Shown in pieces: positions 7,447 to 16,311 of a stretch of DNA of 64,000 nt. The stretch is taken from NCBI GenBank assembly GCA_014190355.1, contig BJGH01000003.1, positions 159,315 to 223,314 on the forward strand. The letters are read 5' to 3'. Positions within the stretch are counted from its first letter, which is position 1; each line of letters starts with the position of its first letter. Below the pieces are notes generated by a model. The model was not told the origin of the DNA. It was given only the letters and a program-made list of their open reading frames with translations, and searched no databases. Position numbers and translations under genes: made by a program. The DNA is from Alphaproteobacteria bacterium (GTDB lineage Bacteria; Pseudomonadota; Alphaproteobacteria; Rickettsiales; UBA1997).

Positions 7447-9489
7447 ATGCCTACAATCTCAATTAATGGTAAATCTCAAATTGTTCCTGAAGGAATAACC
7501 GTTATTCAAGCTTGCGAAATCGCTGATATTGAAATTCCAAGATTTTGTTATCACGAACGTTTAGCAATTGCTGGTAATTGTCGTATGTGCTTAGTTGAGG
7601 TTGCTGGTGGTCCACCCAAACCTGTAGCTTCTTGCGCCATGAATGTTACTGAAGGAATGCAAATTTTTACCGATACTCCAATGGTTAAAAAAGCTCGCGA
7701 AGGGGTGATGGAGTTTCTGCTAGCTAATCATCCACTTGATTGTCCAATTTGTGATCAAGGTGGAGAGTGCGATTTACAAGATCAAGCCTATCAATACGGC
7801 AAGGGTAAAAGCGACTATCACGAACATAAAAGAGCTGTTAAAGACAAAAATATGGGAGTGTTAATTAAAACCCAAATGACTCGCTGTATTCATTGCACTC
7901 GTTGCGTTAGATTTGTTGAAGACATTGCTGGAACTTGCGAAATTGGTGCAGTTGGTCGTGGTGAAAATATGGAGATTACTAGCTATCTAGAAAAAAATAT
8001 CAAATCAGAATTATCGGGCAATGTCATTGATCTTTGCCCTGTTGGTGCTTTAACTTCTAAGCCTTATGCCTTTAAAGCGCGAAGCTGGGAATTGAAAAAA
8101 ACCAATTCAATTGATGTAATGGATGCACTTGGCTCTAATATCCGTATCGACTCGCGAGGCATTGAAGTGATGAGGATCTTGCCAATAATAAATGAAGAAA
8201 TTAATGAAGAATGGCTTTCTGATAAAGCCAGATTTTGCTATGATGGTTTAAAATATCAAAGGCTAGACAATGCCTATTTAAAAGAAAATAATAAATTAAC
8301 CAAAACAACTTATCAGCAAGTAATTAAAGAAATTGCTAACAAAATTAAAAATTTAAAAAGCGATGAAATTGCTGGCTTAAGTGGACAATTAGCAAGTGTT
8401 GAAGATATCTTTGCTTTAAAATCACTTCTTGAAAAACTTGGCTCAAAAAATTTTGATTGCAGACTACAAAATCAAAAATTATCAAATAAAAATCCTGCTT
8501 CATACCTGTTCAACTCAACAATTTCAGGTATTGATAATGCTGATTTAATATTACTAGTTGGAGTTAATCCACGAAAAGACGCACCTGTTCTTAATGCTCG
8601 AATCCGTAAAAGATATTTAAGCAGAGATTGCCAAATTTTTAGTGTTGGGCTTGGCAATAATCCTGACCTTACCTACCCTTATCAAAACTTAGGCAATGAT
8701 TTAATTACTCTAAAACAAATTGCCGAAGGTAAACATCAGATTTGCGATCAACTTAAATCAGCAAAAAAACCGATGTTAATTATTGGTAATGACGCAGTTA
8801 GCGGTGATAATGGCGAAATGTTGCAACATTTCTGCCAAATGATTGCTCACAAATTTAATTTTATTCAAAATGATTTTAATGGCTATAATTTTCTAGCCCA
8901 AAATAGTGGATTGATTAATGGTTTAGAGCTTGGCTTTGATCAAACAACCACTCAAGAAATTTTAGATAAATGCGAAAATAATAAAATCAAATTACTATTC
9001 TTACTTGAAGTTGATGACAATATTGATTTTGATAAACTTAAAGATGTTTTTGTGGTTTATATCGGTAGTCATGGTGACAAAGGAGCAAGTAATGCTGGCG
9101 CAATTATTCCTGCTACTGCTTTCAGTGAAAAAGAAGCATTTTATATCAATATTGAAGGGCGAGTTCAATCAACGCGTCGTGCAGTTTTTGCTCCGCAAAA
9201 TGCTCAAGAGGATTGGCAAATTTTCCTTGATCTTGCTCGTGAAATTGAATGTGATTTAGGTTTTAAAGATCATCTTGAGATTCGTCAAAAAATAATCATA
9301 AATTTTCCTAACCTTGCAAAAATTGATCAGGCAAATCCGCGTTTAATGGCAAATGATAATCTTTCAAATCCAAGTAATTTTGTTAATCAATTAATTGCTG
9401 TTAAGGATTATGATTTTTATCTTACAAATGCCATTACAAGAGCATCTCGCACACTAAACAAATGCAGCACTGATAACAAAAATAATTAG
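7447..9489 (+). CDS. nuoG: NADH-quinone oxidoreductase subunit G (75-kDa subunit)
   Basis: 680 aa. N-terminal 2Fe-2S motif CYHERLAIAGNCRMCLVEV, 4Fe-4S motifs HPLDCPICDQGGECDLQD and CIHCTRCVRF, and a molybdopterin-oxidoreductase-like C-terminal part. Confidence 0.93.
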   Translation: MPTISINGKSQIVPEGITVIQACEIADIEIPRFCYHERLAIAGNCRMCLVEVAGGPPKPVASCAMNVTEGMQIFTDTPMVKKAREGVMEFLLANHPLDCPICDQGGECDLQDQAYQYGKGKSDYHEHKRAVKDKNMGVLIKTQMTRCIHCTRCVRFVEDIAGTCEIGAVGRGENMEITSYLEKNIKSELSGNVIDLCPVGALTSKPYAFKARSWELKKTNSIDVMDALGSNIRIDSRGIEVMRILPIINEEINEEWLSDKARFCYDGLKYQRLDNAYLKENNKLTKTTYQQVIKEIANKIKNLKSDEIAGLSGQLASVEDIFALKSLLEKLGSKNFDCRLQNQKLSNKNPASYLFNSTISGIDNADLILLVGVNPRKDAPVLNARIRKRYLSRDCQIFSVGLGNNPDLTYPYQNLGNDLITLKQIAEGKHQICDQLKSAKKPMLIIGNDAVSGDNGEMLQHFCQMIAHKFNFIQNDFNGYNFLAQNSGLINGLELGFDQTTTQEILDKCENNKIKLLFLLEVDDNIDFDKLKDVFVVYIGSHGDKGASNAGAIIPATAFSEKEAFYINIEGRVQSTRRAVFAPQNAQEDWQIFLDLAREIECDLGFKDHLEIRQKIIINFPNLAKIDQANPRLMANDNLSNPSNFVNQLIAVKDYDFYLTNAITRASRTLNKCSTDNKNN

Positions 9490-9740
9490 CAAAATTAATT
9501 AAACCAAAAATTTAAGAGTTAGATTTTTGGCAATATTATTTTGAAAGTAATTTAAAAACCAATTTAAACTACATCAGTTGCGATAATTTTGAAGGGGTGA
9601 AAGAACTTTCCCAGCGAACCGAGAAAATGAGAAATCCTATAACCCTCTCTTCCAACTTGTAAAAAGAAAAAACCTCCAAACCCAATCTCGAAACAAACTT
9701 TTAACCTACGATCGCTCGCGTAAAATTTAAAAGGAGTCAT

Positions 9741-10122
9741 AAAAAGGGGTCTGACCCCTTTTTTATAAAAAGATCATCATTTAGCGAGATTTGCGTAATA
9801 AAAAACGATATTATTTTTTTTAAATTATTTTGGAAATCGATTTAATCTACAATCTCTAGTGCAAAACCTTATTTTTTTTGAAAAAGGGGTCTGACCCCTT
9901 TTTTATAAAAAGATCATCATTTAGCGAGATTTGCGTAATAAAAAACGATATTATTTTTTTTAAATTATTTTGGAAATCGATTTAATCTACAATCTCTAGT
10001 GCAAAACCTTATTTTTTTTGAAAAAGGGGTCTGACCCCTTTTCTATCTATGGAAATCGATTTAATCTACAATCTCTAGTGCAAAACCTTATTTTTTTTGA
10101 AAAAGGGGTCTGACCCCTTTTC
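9741..10122. repeat. Tandem array of a 140-bp unit beginning with the palindrome AAAAAGGGGTCTGACCCCTTTT (two full, identical units, one internally deleted unit and a terminal palindrome)
   Basis: 9741-9880 and 9881-10020 are identical on reading. 10021-10099 keeps both ends of the unit but lacks about 61 nt internally. A fourth palindrome lies at 10100-10122. GGGGTCTGACCCC cores are at 9746, 9886, 10026 and 10105. Confidence 0.9.
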
Positions 10123-10327
10123 TGTCGTTGTATATTTTTTTTAACCCCCCACGGCTAAAAGTTTTAACTACCGTTAAAACATTTTAGCCAGCTCCCCCTC
10201 ACAGGGGGGGAGCAACAGCTTGAAGGCTTTATTTAGCTTGAATAAATTTGTAGGTTGAAGGAGAAGAGATAAAGGGTTTTTGGTGGCGTTTAAGACATAA
10301 TCAAAAGAAAGTAAGCGATAAATTTAC

Positions 10328-11137
10328 TTACGCGCCTACTCTACTACCAGCTGATTTTGCTTTGTCTTTGGTAGATCTTGTCTTTTCTTTATCAACTAAA
10401 TGTTGCAATTCTGTTAATTTATTTTCTGCAACATCAATTTTAAATTTTGGATATTTTTTTTCAAAATCATACTCAATAATATTGCTTAATTCTCTAAGGA
10501 TTTTAATTCTTCCCACATAATCAATATAATCACTTTCACCATTTTTAATTAATTTATCATCATCTCCTAAACCTAAACCAGCTTTTAAAACTTTTTTTAA
10601 ATCTTCTTTTTTTGTATCACTATCTAAATCACTTCCTTCATAATTTTTTATTACTATATTTGACAATTTAGCTAATTCAGCTTCACTTGGATTGTTTTTA
10701 ATATTTTTACCAAGTTTTGTTGCTAACGTCTCTATATAGTTATTATTATTCATGGAAAGTTCTTTTTGAATTTCATTTAACTCTTTGATATTTGCTAAAT
10801 CTAATTTTTGTTTAATAACTTCTTTTTGAGCTTTATCAATTTGTTTTAAAATTTTACTATGGGAGGTTTTATTAGAATTTCCTATCTTACCATATATCTT
10901 ATAAGCCCCATATGTTGCTGCTCCTGAAGCAACAAGCCCTAAAGCAACTTGACCTAAAATTTGAGGATTAATAGGCACTCCACTTAATAATAATAGCAAT
11001 ATTATCGAACCAGCAAAAACCAGCCCTGCAAGGATTATTTTATTTTTTTTTAAAAAACCCTCTTTAGTATTATTCTCTTTAGAACTTTCTATTATATTCT
11101 TTAAATCCTTTTTTAATTTTTTAAAATCATCATCCAT
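10328..11137 (-). CDS. Hypothetical membrane protein with an N-proximal bilobed hydrophobic domain and a coiled-coil-like C-terminus (Inc-like effector candidate)
   Basis: 269 aa. ATG start with GGGAG upstream. The hydrophobic block is IILAGLVFAGSIILLLLLSGVPINPQILGQVALGLVASGAATYGAYKIY. The C-terminal ~180 aa are K/E/L-rich. No family recognised. Confidence 0.65.
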   Translation of the reverse strand: MDDDFKKLKKDLKNIIESSKENNTKEGFLKKNKIILAGLVFAGSIILLLLLSGVPINPQILGQVALGLVASGAATYGAYKIYGKIGNSNKTSHSKILKQIDKAQKEVIKQKLDLANIKELNEIQKELSMNNNNYIETLATKLGKNIKNNPSEAELAKLSNIVIKNYEGSDLDSDTKKEDLKKVLKAGLGLGDDDKLIKNGESDYIDYVGRIKILRELSNIIEYDFEKKYPKFKIDVAENKLTELQHLVDKEKTRSTKDKAKSAGSRVGA

Positions 11138-11244
11138 AATAACTCCCTATTTTTATTAATATTAAATTTAGATTTTTTTAAAAAAATATAAATTAAAAAT
11201 GATTTTTAATTTTTTTAATTATAAATTAATTTAATTTATTTTTT

Positions 11245-13083
11245 TTAAATAAAATCAAATTGTATCTCTTTGGAGCGAGAGTAGCGTTTACGATCATTAG
11301 AGTCAAGCATTTTTTTACGCAAACGCAGTGATTTAGGGGTGACCTCAACTAATTCGTCCTCTCCAACATAGGTGATCATGTCTTCTAAAGTAAGATCGCG
11401 AGGAGGTGTAAGACGAATTGCTTCATCAGTTCCTGAAGCCCTGATATTAGTAAGTTGTTTGCCTTTTAAAACATTAACCTCAAGATCACCTTGTTTAGAA
11501 TTTTCACCAACAATCATCCCAGCATAAACTTTTTGCTGAGGCTTTACAAACATAACCCCGCGATCCTGCAGATTCCACAGGGCATAAGCTACTGCTTCAC
11601 CTGGATCAGTGGCAATCAATGCCCCATTTCGCTTGTGACTGACCTCACCTTTATATGGTGCATAGCTATTAAAAATCCGGTTTAAAACTCCTGTACCCTT
11701 GGTATCAGTTAAAAACTCGCTTTGATAACCGATAAGCCCTCGTGAAGGAACAAGAAAAATTAAACGAGTTTTACCACCCGTAGATGGCTTCATTTCTTGC
11801 ATTTCGCCTTTACGTGAAGATAATTTTTCAACAACACTGCCACTAAAATTATCATCTACATCAACAACAACTTCTTCAATTGGCTCTAAAATATCTCCTT
11901 CTGGAGTTTTTTTAAATAATACTCGCGGTCTTGAAACTGAAAGCTCAAAACCTTCGCGACGCATATTTTCAATTAATACCCCAAGTTGCAACTCACCTCT
12001 TCCGCCAACCTCAAAAGAATCTTTACTGTCCGATTCTTTGACCTTGATAGCAACATTGGTTTGAGCTTCAGAAAATAAACGATCACGAATCATTCGTGAA
12101 GTAACTTTTGAACCTTCGGTTCCAGCTAAAGGCGAATCATTAACGCTAATGGTAATAGCCATGGTTGGTGGATCAATTGGCGTTGATTTAATTGGCTGAG
12201 TAACGGCAATATCACACAATGTATCGGCGACTGAAGCTTCTTCCAAACCAGCAATTGAAACAATATCCCCAGCAATTGCTTCTTCAACTGCAACTTTTTC
12301 TACACCACGAAAAACCATTAATTTTGTTAAACGACCAGTTTCGACAACTTCACCATTGAGATTTATTGCTTTGAAATTCATCATATTTTTAGCCTTACCA
12401 GAATAAATTCTTCCCGTCAACATTCTGCCAAAATATGGCGAGCGATCGAGTAAAGTAGCAAGCATTGAAAAAGGAGCATTGGTATCAAATTCTCGAGGCT
12501 GAACATGTTCTAAAATTAAATCAAATAATGGCGATAAATCTTTACGCGGATCTTTATCGATATCCTTAACGCACCAACCATCTCTACCTACCGCATAAAG
12601 CACTGGAAAATCTAATTGCTGTTCACTGGCATTAAGAGCAACAAACAAATCAAAAATTTCATTAAGCACTTCGTCAGGGCGAGCATCGCTTCGATCAATT
12701 TTATTGATGATAACGATTGGTCTCAAACCCAAAGCCAAAGCTTTAGCAAGAACAAATTTGGTTTGAGGCATAACACCTTCAGCCGAGTCAACTAATAACA
12801 AAGTGCTGTCAGCCATTGACAAGACTCTTTCAACCTCACCACCAAAATCAGCGTGACCAGGAGTATCAATTACATTAATTTTTTGATCCTTCCACATTAA
12901 TGAAGTACATTTGGCAAGAATAGTGATACCGCGTTCTTTTTCTAGGTCATTGGAGTCCATTACTCGAGTTTCAACTTGTTGGTTAGTGCGAAAAGTTCCG
13001 CTTTGGTGAAGCATAGCATCGATTAAAGTAGTTTTACCGTGGTCAACATGAGCAATAATTGCAACGTTACGAAAGATAGACAT
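11245..13083 (-). CDS. typA: Translational GTPase TypA/BipA
   Basis: 612 aa. G-domain motifs AHVDHGKTTL and DTPGHADFGGEV, NKID, and EF-G-like domains collinear with BipA. Confidence 0.95.
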   Translation of the reverse strand: MSIFRNVAIIAHVDHGKTTLIDAMLHQSGTFRTNQQVETRVMDSNDLEKERGITILAKCTSLMWKDQKINVIDTPGHADFGGEVERVLSMADSTLLLVDSAEGVMPQTKFVLAKALALGLRPIVIINKIDRSDARPDEVLNEIFDLFVALNASEQQLDFPVLYAVGRDGWCVKDIDKDPRKDLSPLFDLILEHVQPREFDTNAPFSMLATLLDRSPYFGRMLTGRIYSGKAKNMMNFKAINLNGEVVETGRLTKLMVFRGVEKVAVEEAIAGDIVSIAGLEEASVADTLCDIAVTQPIKSTPIDPPTMAITISVNDSPLAGTEGSKVTSRMIRDRLFSEAQTNVAIKVKESDSKDSFEVGGRGELQLGVLIENMRREGFELSVSRPRVLFKKTPEGDILEPIEEVVVDVDDNFSGSVVEKLSSRKGEMQEMKPSTGGKTRLIFLVPSRGLIGYQSEFLTDTKGTGVLNRIFNSYAPYKGEVSHKRNGALIATDPGEAVAYALWNLQDRGVMFVKPQQKVYAGMIVGENSKQGDLEVNVLKGKQLTNIRASGTDEAIRLTPPRDLTLEDMITYVGEDELVEVTPKSLRLRKKMLDSNDRKRYSRSKEIQFDFI

Positions 13084-13364
13084 ATTAAAATTGTTATAAG
13101 TTATTTTTTATTAAGACTAATTAAAGGTAATTATGTGTTGTGATGTTTTGTGAATTATTATTTTTTTAAAATTGATAATTTTTTTAGAATTATAACTTCT
13201 TTAATTCAACAGTCAAGCTTGGTATTCGATTATTTCTAAGTGTGAATTTTGAACATGTCACTAAGTACTTAAACACTACTTACATTATTTTAGATCTTGT
13301 CAAGCATTAAAGCTATAAGCTTCCCTACTATTTTTTGAAAGCTTACATCCCAATAATATTTTAA

Positions 13365-14507
13365 TTATTTCTGAGCATGAACTTCGAAATTTATCTCAAC
13401 TTCATTAGCAACACCGTGTGATTTTTTTAAATCATTATCGCCAATAACAAAATCACTTCTTTTTATTATTGCTTTACCGACAATATGGGCATGATCTTTG
13501 GTAAGATCTTTAAGGGTAAAATCAAGATTGAGTGGCACAGTTTTGCCCTTCATCTCCAAATTACCATAAACTCGATATTGTTTTAATCCGCTGCTAGCGA
13601 TAAATTTTTCTGAACGAAAAATGCTAAATGGAAAAGTTTTGATAGCAAGCCAATTCGCGGTTTTCAAGGCTTCAAGTGCTTCGCTGTATGACATGTCTAG
13701 CGAAGTCATATCAACCTTTATTTCACAATTAGCATGCTTTAAATCATTGGGATCAAAATTTATTGAACCAATAAATGATTTGAACTGCCCCTTAACTTCT
13801 GAGTCATTTTGCTTGGCAGTAAATTCAATTTTACTTTTATCGGCAATTATTTTCCACTGCGATTTAATTTCTGGTTTATTGGAATTTAAATTTCCTTCAA
13901 TACCCTCTGAAATAAGTTCGCTATTAAATTCAATTTTTACTTCATCAGCAACATTTGGTAAACCATAATTAATGCCATAATTTGAGCGTTTAATTTTAAG
14001 AGAACCAGCAAAACCAACAGTTCGAGTTTTGGTTAGAGGATTTTCACCAATCTTGTTAAGTTTAACATCTATTGTTTCATCTCGTTTAACACCTCTAATG
14101 GTAAGACTTCCTAGAATTTTAGCGTTATTATTTTTGGTAACAATAATTTTTCTGCTAACAAATTTTGCGGTTGAAAATTTGTTAATATCAAAAAAATCAG
14201 AACTTAAAAGATGTTCATCAAATTTTTTTAAACCTGTGTTAAGCGAATCAACTTTAATAATCACTTCAACTGAACTATTAACATAATTATTTTCATCAAG
14301 AATTACTTTACCTTGAACATCAGTAAATTTGCCACTAAGATATGAAAAACCAAAATGGTTAATTTGCCAAGAAACTGAAGAATGCATCGGGTCAAAACGA
14401 AATACCTCGCCTGCTGAAGAATTTGCAATATTAATAACATTGATTGTTATTAAACAATAACTAAAAGTAATGATTTTTAAAAAAGAGTTTTTAAGGTTAT
14501 TGAACAT
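13365..14507 (-). CDS. Periplasmic protein with two tandem YceI-like domains
   Basis: The YceI signature SSVSWQINHFGFSYLSGKF occurs in the first half, and a second related domain (SKIEFTAKQNDSEVKGQFKSF) in the second half. I chose the start at MFNNLKNSFLKIITFSYCL (signal-like). The longer ORF start at 14687 would overlap glpX by 164 nt. Confidence 0.8.
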   Translation of the reverse strand: MFNNLKNSFLKIITFSYCLITINVINIANSSAGEVFRFDPMHSSVSWQINHFGFSYLSGKFTDVQGKVILDENNYVNSSVEVIIKVDSLNTGLKKFDEHLLSSDFFDINKFSTAKFVSRKIIVTKNNNAKILGSLTIRGVKRDETIDVKLNKIGENPLTKTRTVGFAGSLKIKRSNYGINYGLPNVADEVKIEFNSELISEGIEGNLNSNKPEIKSQWKIIADKSKIEFTAKQNDSEVKGQFKSFIGSINFDPNDLKHANCEIKVDMTSLDMSYSEALEALKTANWLAIKTFPFSIFRSEKFIASSGLKQYRVYGNLEMKGKTVPLNLDFTLKDLTKDHAHIVGKAIIKRSDFVIGDNDLKKSHGVANEVEINFEVHAQK

Positions 14508-14523
14508 AATTTGTTTTGAATAA

Positions 14524-15462
14524 TTATAAAAGGATTTCGCTAATAGTTTTAATAATTTTTTTTGATGATGAGTCCAAAACCAGCGATTCAACAACATATT
14601 TATTTGAATGTTTTTTAACACCATTGAGCAAATAGCCATCGGTAACCCCTGCACAAGCAAAGACGACCTCGCCTTTTGCCATGTCATATTCTCGATATTT
14701 TTTTGAAAGATCAGTTATTCCCATTTTTTTGGCTCGTTGAATTTGTTTTTGGTCATCATTAAAAATTAGTCGACCCTGCATTTGTCCACCAATAACCTTT
14801 AAGGCACAGCTAGCAAGAACACCTTCAGGTGCTCCACCTGTTCCCATATAAATATCAACACGGGTTTTTTGATTGGTACAAGCAATAACTCCAGCAACAT
14901 CACCATCGCCAATTAAGCGAATTTTTGCTCCAATTTCACGAACTTTGGCAATCATCTCTTGATGTCGTGGACGATCCAAAATCATTACCATTAAATCACT
15001 CACAGCAATTTTTTTAGCCTTAGCGAGGTTTTTTAAATTATTGGCAACTGAATTATCAAGATCAACTACCCCATCTGGCAGGTTTGCCCCAACGGCAATT
15101 TTTTCCATATAAACATCTGGGGCATGAAGAAAAGATTGATCCTCTCCAAAAGCAATCACCGCCAAAGAAGATTCACTGGCATTAGCACAAATCGTTGTTC
15201 CTTCTAAAGGATCAAGAGCAATATCAATCTTAACTCCCGAAGTTCCAACTTTTTCACCAATATACAACATGGGAGCTTCATCACGCTCACCTTCACCAAT
15301 GACAATAGTTCCTGAGATCGCCATATTATTTAAAGCGCTTCGCATGGCATCAACGGCAACTTGATCAGCTTGATGATTATCGCCTTTGCCAATCCATGGG
15401 TAACAAGCAATAGCGGTTTTTTCAACCACTTCAATAATTTGTGAATTTAATTTACTTAACAT
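14524..15462 (-). CDS. glpX: Fructose-1,6-bisphosphatase class II
   Basis: 312 aa, collinear with GlpX. Motifs GKGDNHQADQVAVDAMR, GEGERDEAPML, DPLEGTT. Confidence 0.92.
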   Translation of the reverse strand: MLSKLNSQIIEVVEKTAIACYPWIGKGDNHQADQVAVDAMRSALNNMAISGTIVIGEGERDEAPMLYIGEKVGTSGVKIDIALDPLEGTTICANASESSLAVIAFGEDQSFLHAPDVYMEKIAVGANLPDGVVDLDNSVANNLKNLAKAKKIAVSDLMVMILDRPRHQEMIAKVREIGAKIRLIGDGDVAGVIACTNQKTRVDIYMGTGGAPEGVLASCALKVIGGQMQGRLIFNDDQKQIQRAKKMGITDLSKKYREYDMAKGEVVFACAGVTDGYLLNGVKKHSNKYVVESLVLDSSSKKIIKTISEILL

Positions 15463-15564
15463 ATTTTTCCTAAAAAATTAGTTTTTTATTTTTTAATAAA
15501 ACTTTAACGCGAGGTTTTTTAATTTGAAGTTTTTTTATCAGCAAATTGTTTTAATGAATATTTT

Positions 15565-15850
15565 GACCAGATCTTTGTTGATAGCAAGGGGTGTTAATTT
15601 AAAAATTATTTTTTTCACTAAAGGGGTCTGACCCCTTTTTACAGAAAAACTGTTATTCGACCAGATCTTTGTAGATGGCAAGGGGTGTTAATTTAAAAAT
15701 TATTTTTTAAAATACGATTTGACAAAGAGGTTGTAGTCCAAAACCCTATTTTTTTCGCTAAAGGGGTCTGACCCCTTTTTACAGAAAAACTGTTATTCGA
15801 CCAGATCTTTGTAGATGGCAAGGGGTGTTAATTTAAAAATTATTTTTTTA
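15565..15850. repeat. Second tandem repeat locus with a 140-bp period, carrying two CTAAAGGGGTCTGACCCCTTTTT palindromes and three copies of a ~50-nt segment
   Basis: 15611-15708 and 15751-15848 match with one mismatch. GACCAGATCTTTGT(T/A)GAT(A/G)GCAAGGGGTGTTAATTTAAAAATTATTTTTT occurs at 15565, 15659 and 15799. Palindrome cores are at 15623 and 15763. Confidence 0.85.
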
Positions 15851-15879
15851 GAAAAGATTTAACTTAGAACTTGAGATCT

Positions 15880-16074
15880 TTAGCTTGAGAGTTTTTGTTC
15901 TTTGAACTCAACATGTTTACGAACAATGGGATCATATTTACTAAAAACCATTTTTTCGGTTTTTTGTTTAGGATTACGACGAGCAAGGTAAAAGTAGCCA
16001 GTACCAGCGGTGCTAACCATTTTAAATAAAATTGAACTTCTTTTTGCTTTAGATGCTTTAGGTTTTCCAGCCAT
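15880..16074 (-). CDS. rpmG: 50S ribosomal protein L33
   Basis: 64 aa, basic. KMVSTAGTGYFYLARRNPKQKTEKMVFSKYDPIVRKHVEFKE matches the L33 pattern. Confidence 0.9.
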   Translation of the reverse strand: MAGKPKASKAKRSSILFKMVSTAGTGYFYLARRNPKQKTEKMVFSKYDPIVRKHVEFKEQKLSS

Positions 16075-16311
16075 AAATTCCTCAAATATTTTTTTAATTA
16101 GAAAAAATTAAAATTAGTTAAGATTAAATCTCTTAGATTATTTTATTTACTTTTAACAAATTTTAACAATTGTTGCGATTTAATTTAGAAATAATAATTA
16201 TCAACTCAAGATTTGCCATCAAATATTGGCATGATCAAATTAACGATGAATCATCATTCATTTTTTATAAATAAAATTATAAAATCTTGGATAGTTATAA
16301 TCAAGATAAAT

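Noticed and set aside
9741..10122. Regularly spaced 21-nt palindromic repeats that superficially resemble a CRISPR array
   Set aside because: The sequences between the palindromes are identical to each other (a 140-bp unit duplicated), not unique spacers. The spacing of 119 nt is far too long, and no cas genes are nearby. This is a tandem duplication or dispersed repeat family, not a CRISPR.
13365..14687. Full 440-aa ORF-track version of the YceI-like gene
   Set aside because: The first 60 codons overlap the 3' end of glpX by 164 nt and have no YceI or signal-peptide character. The internal ATG at 14507 yields a proper signal-like N-terminus and leaves a 16-nt gap to glpX.
15864..16085. 73-aa ORF overlapping rpmG in another frame
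   Set aside because: The 64-aa frame (15880..16074) has the recognisable L33 sequence. The alternative frame has no recognisable features and is a same-strand shadow.
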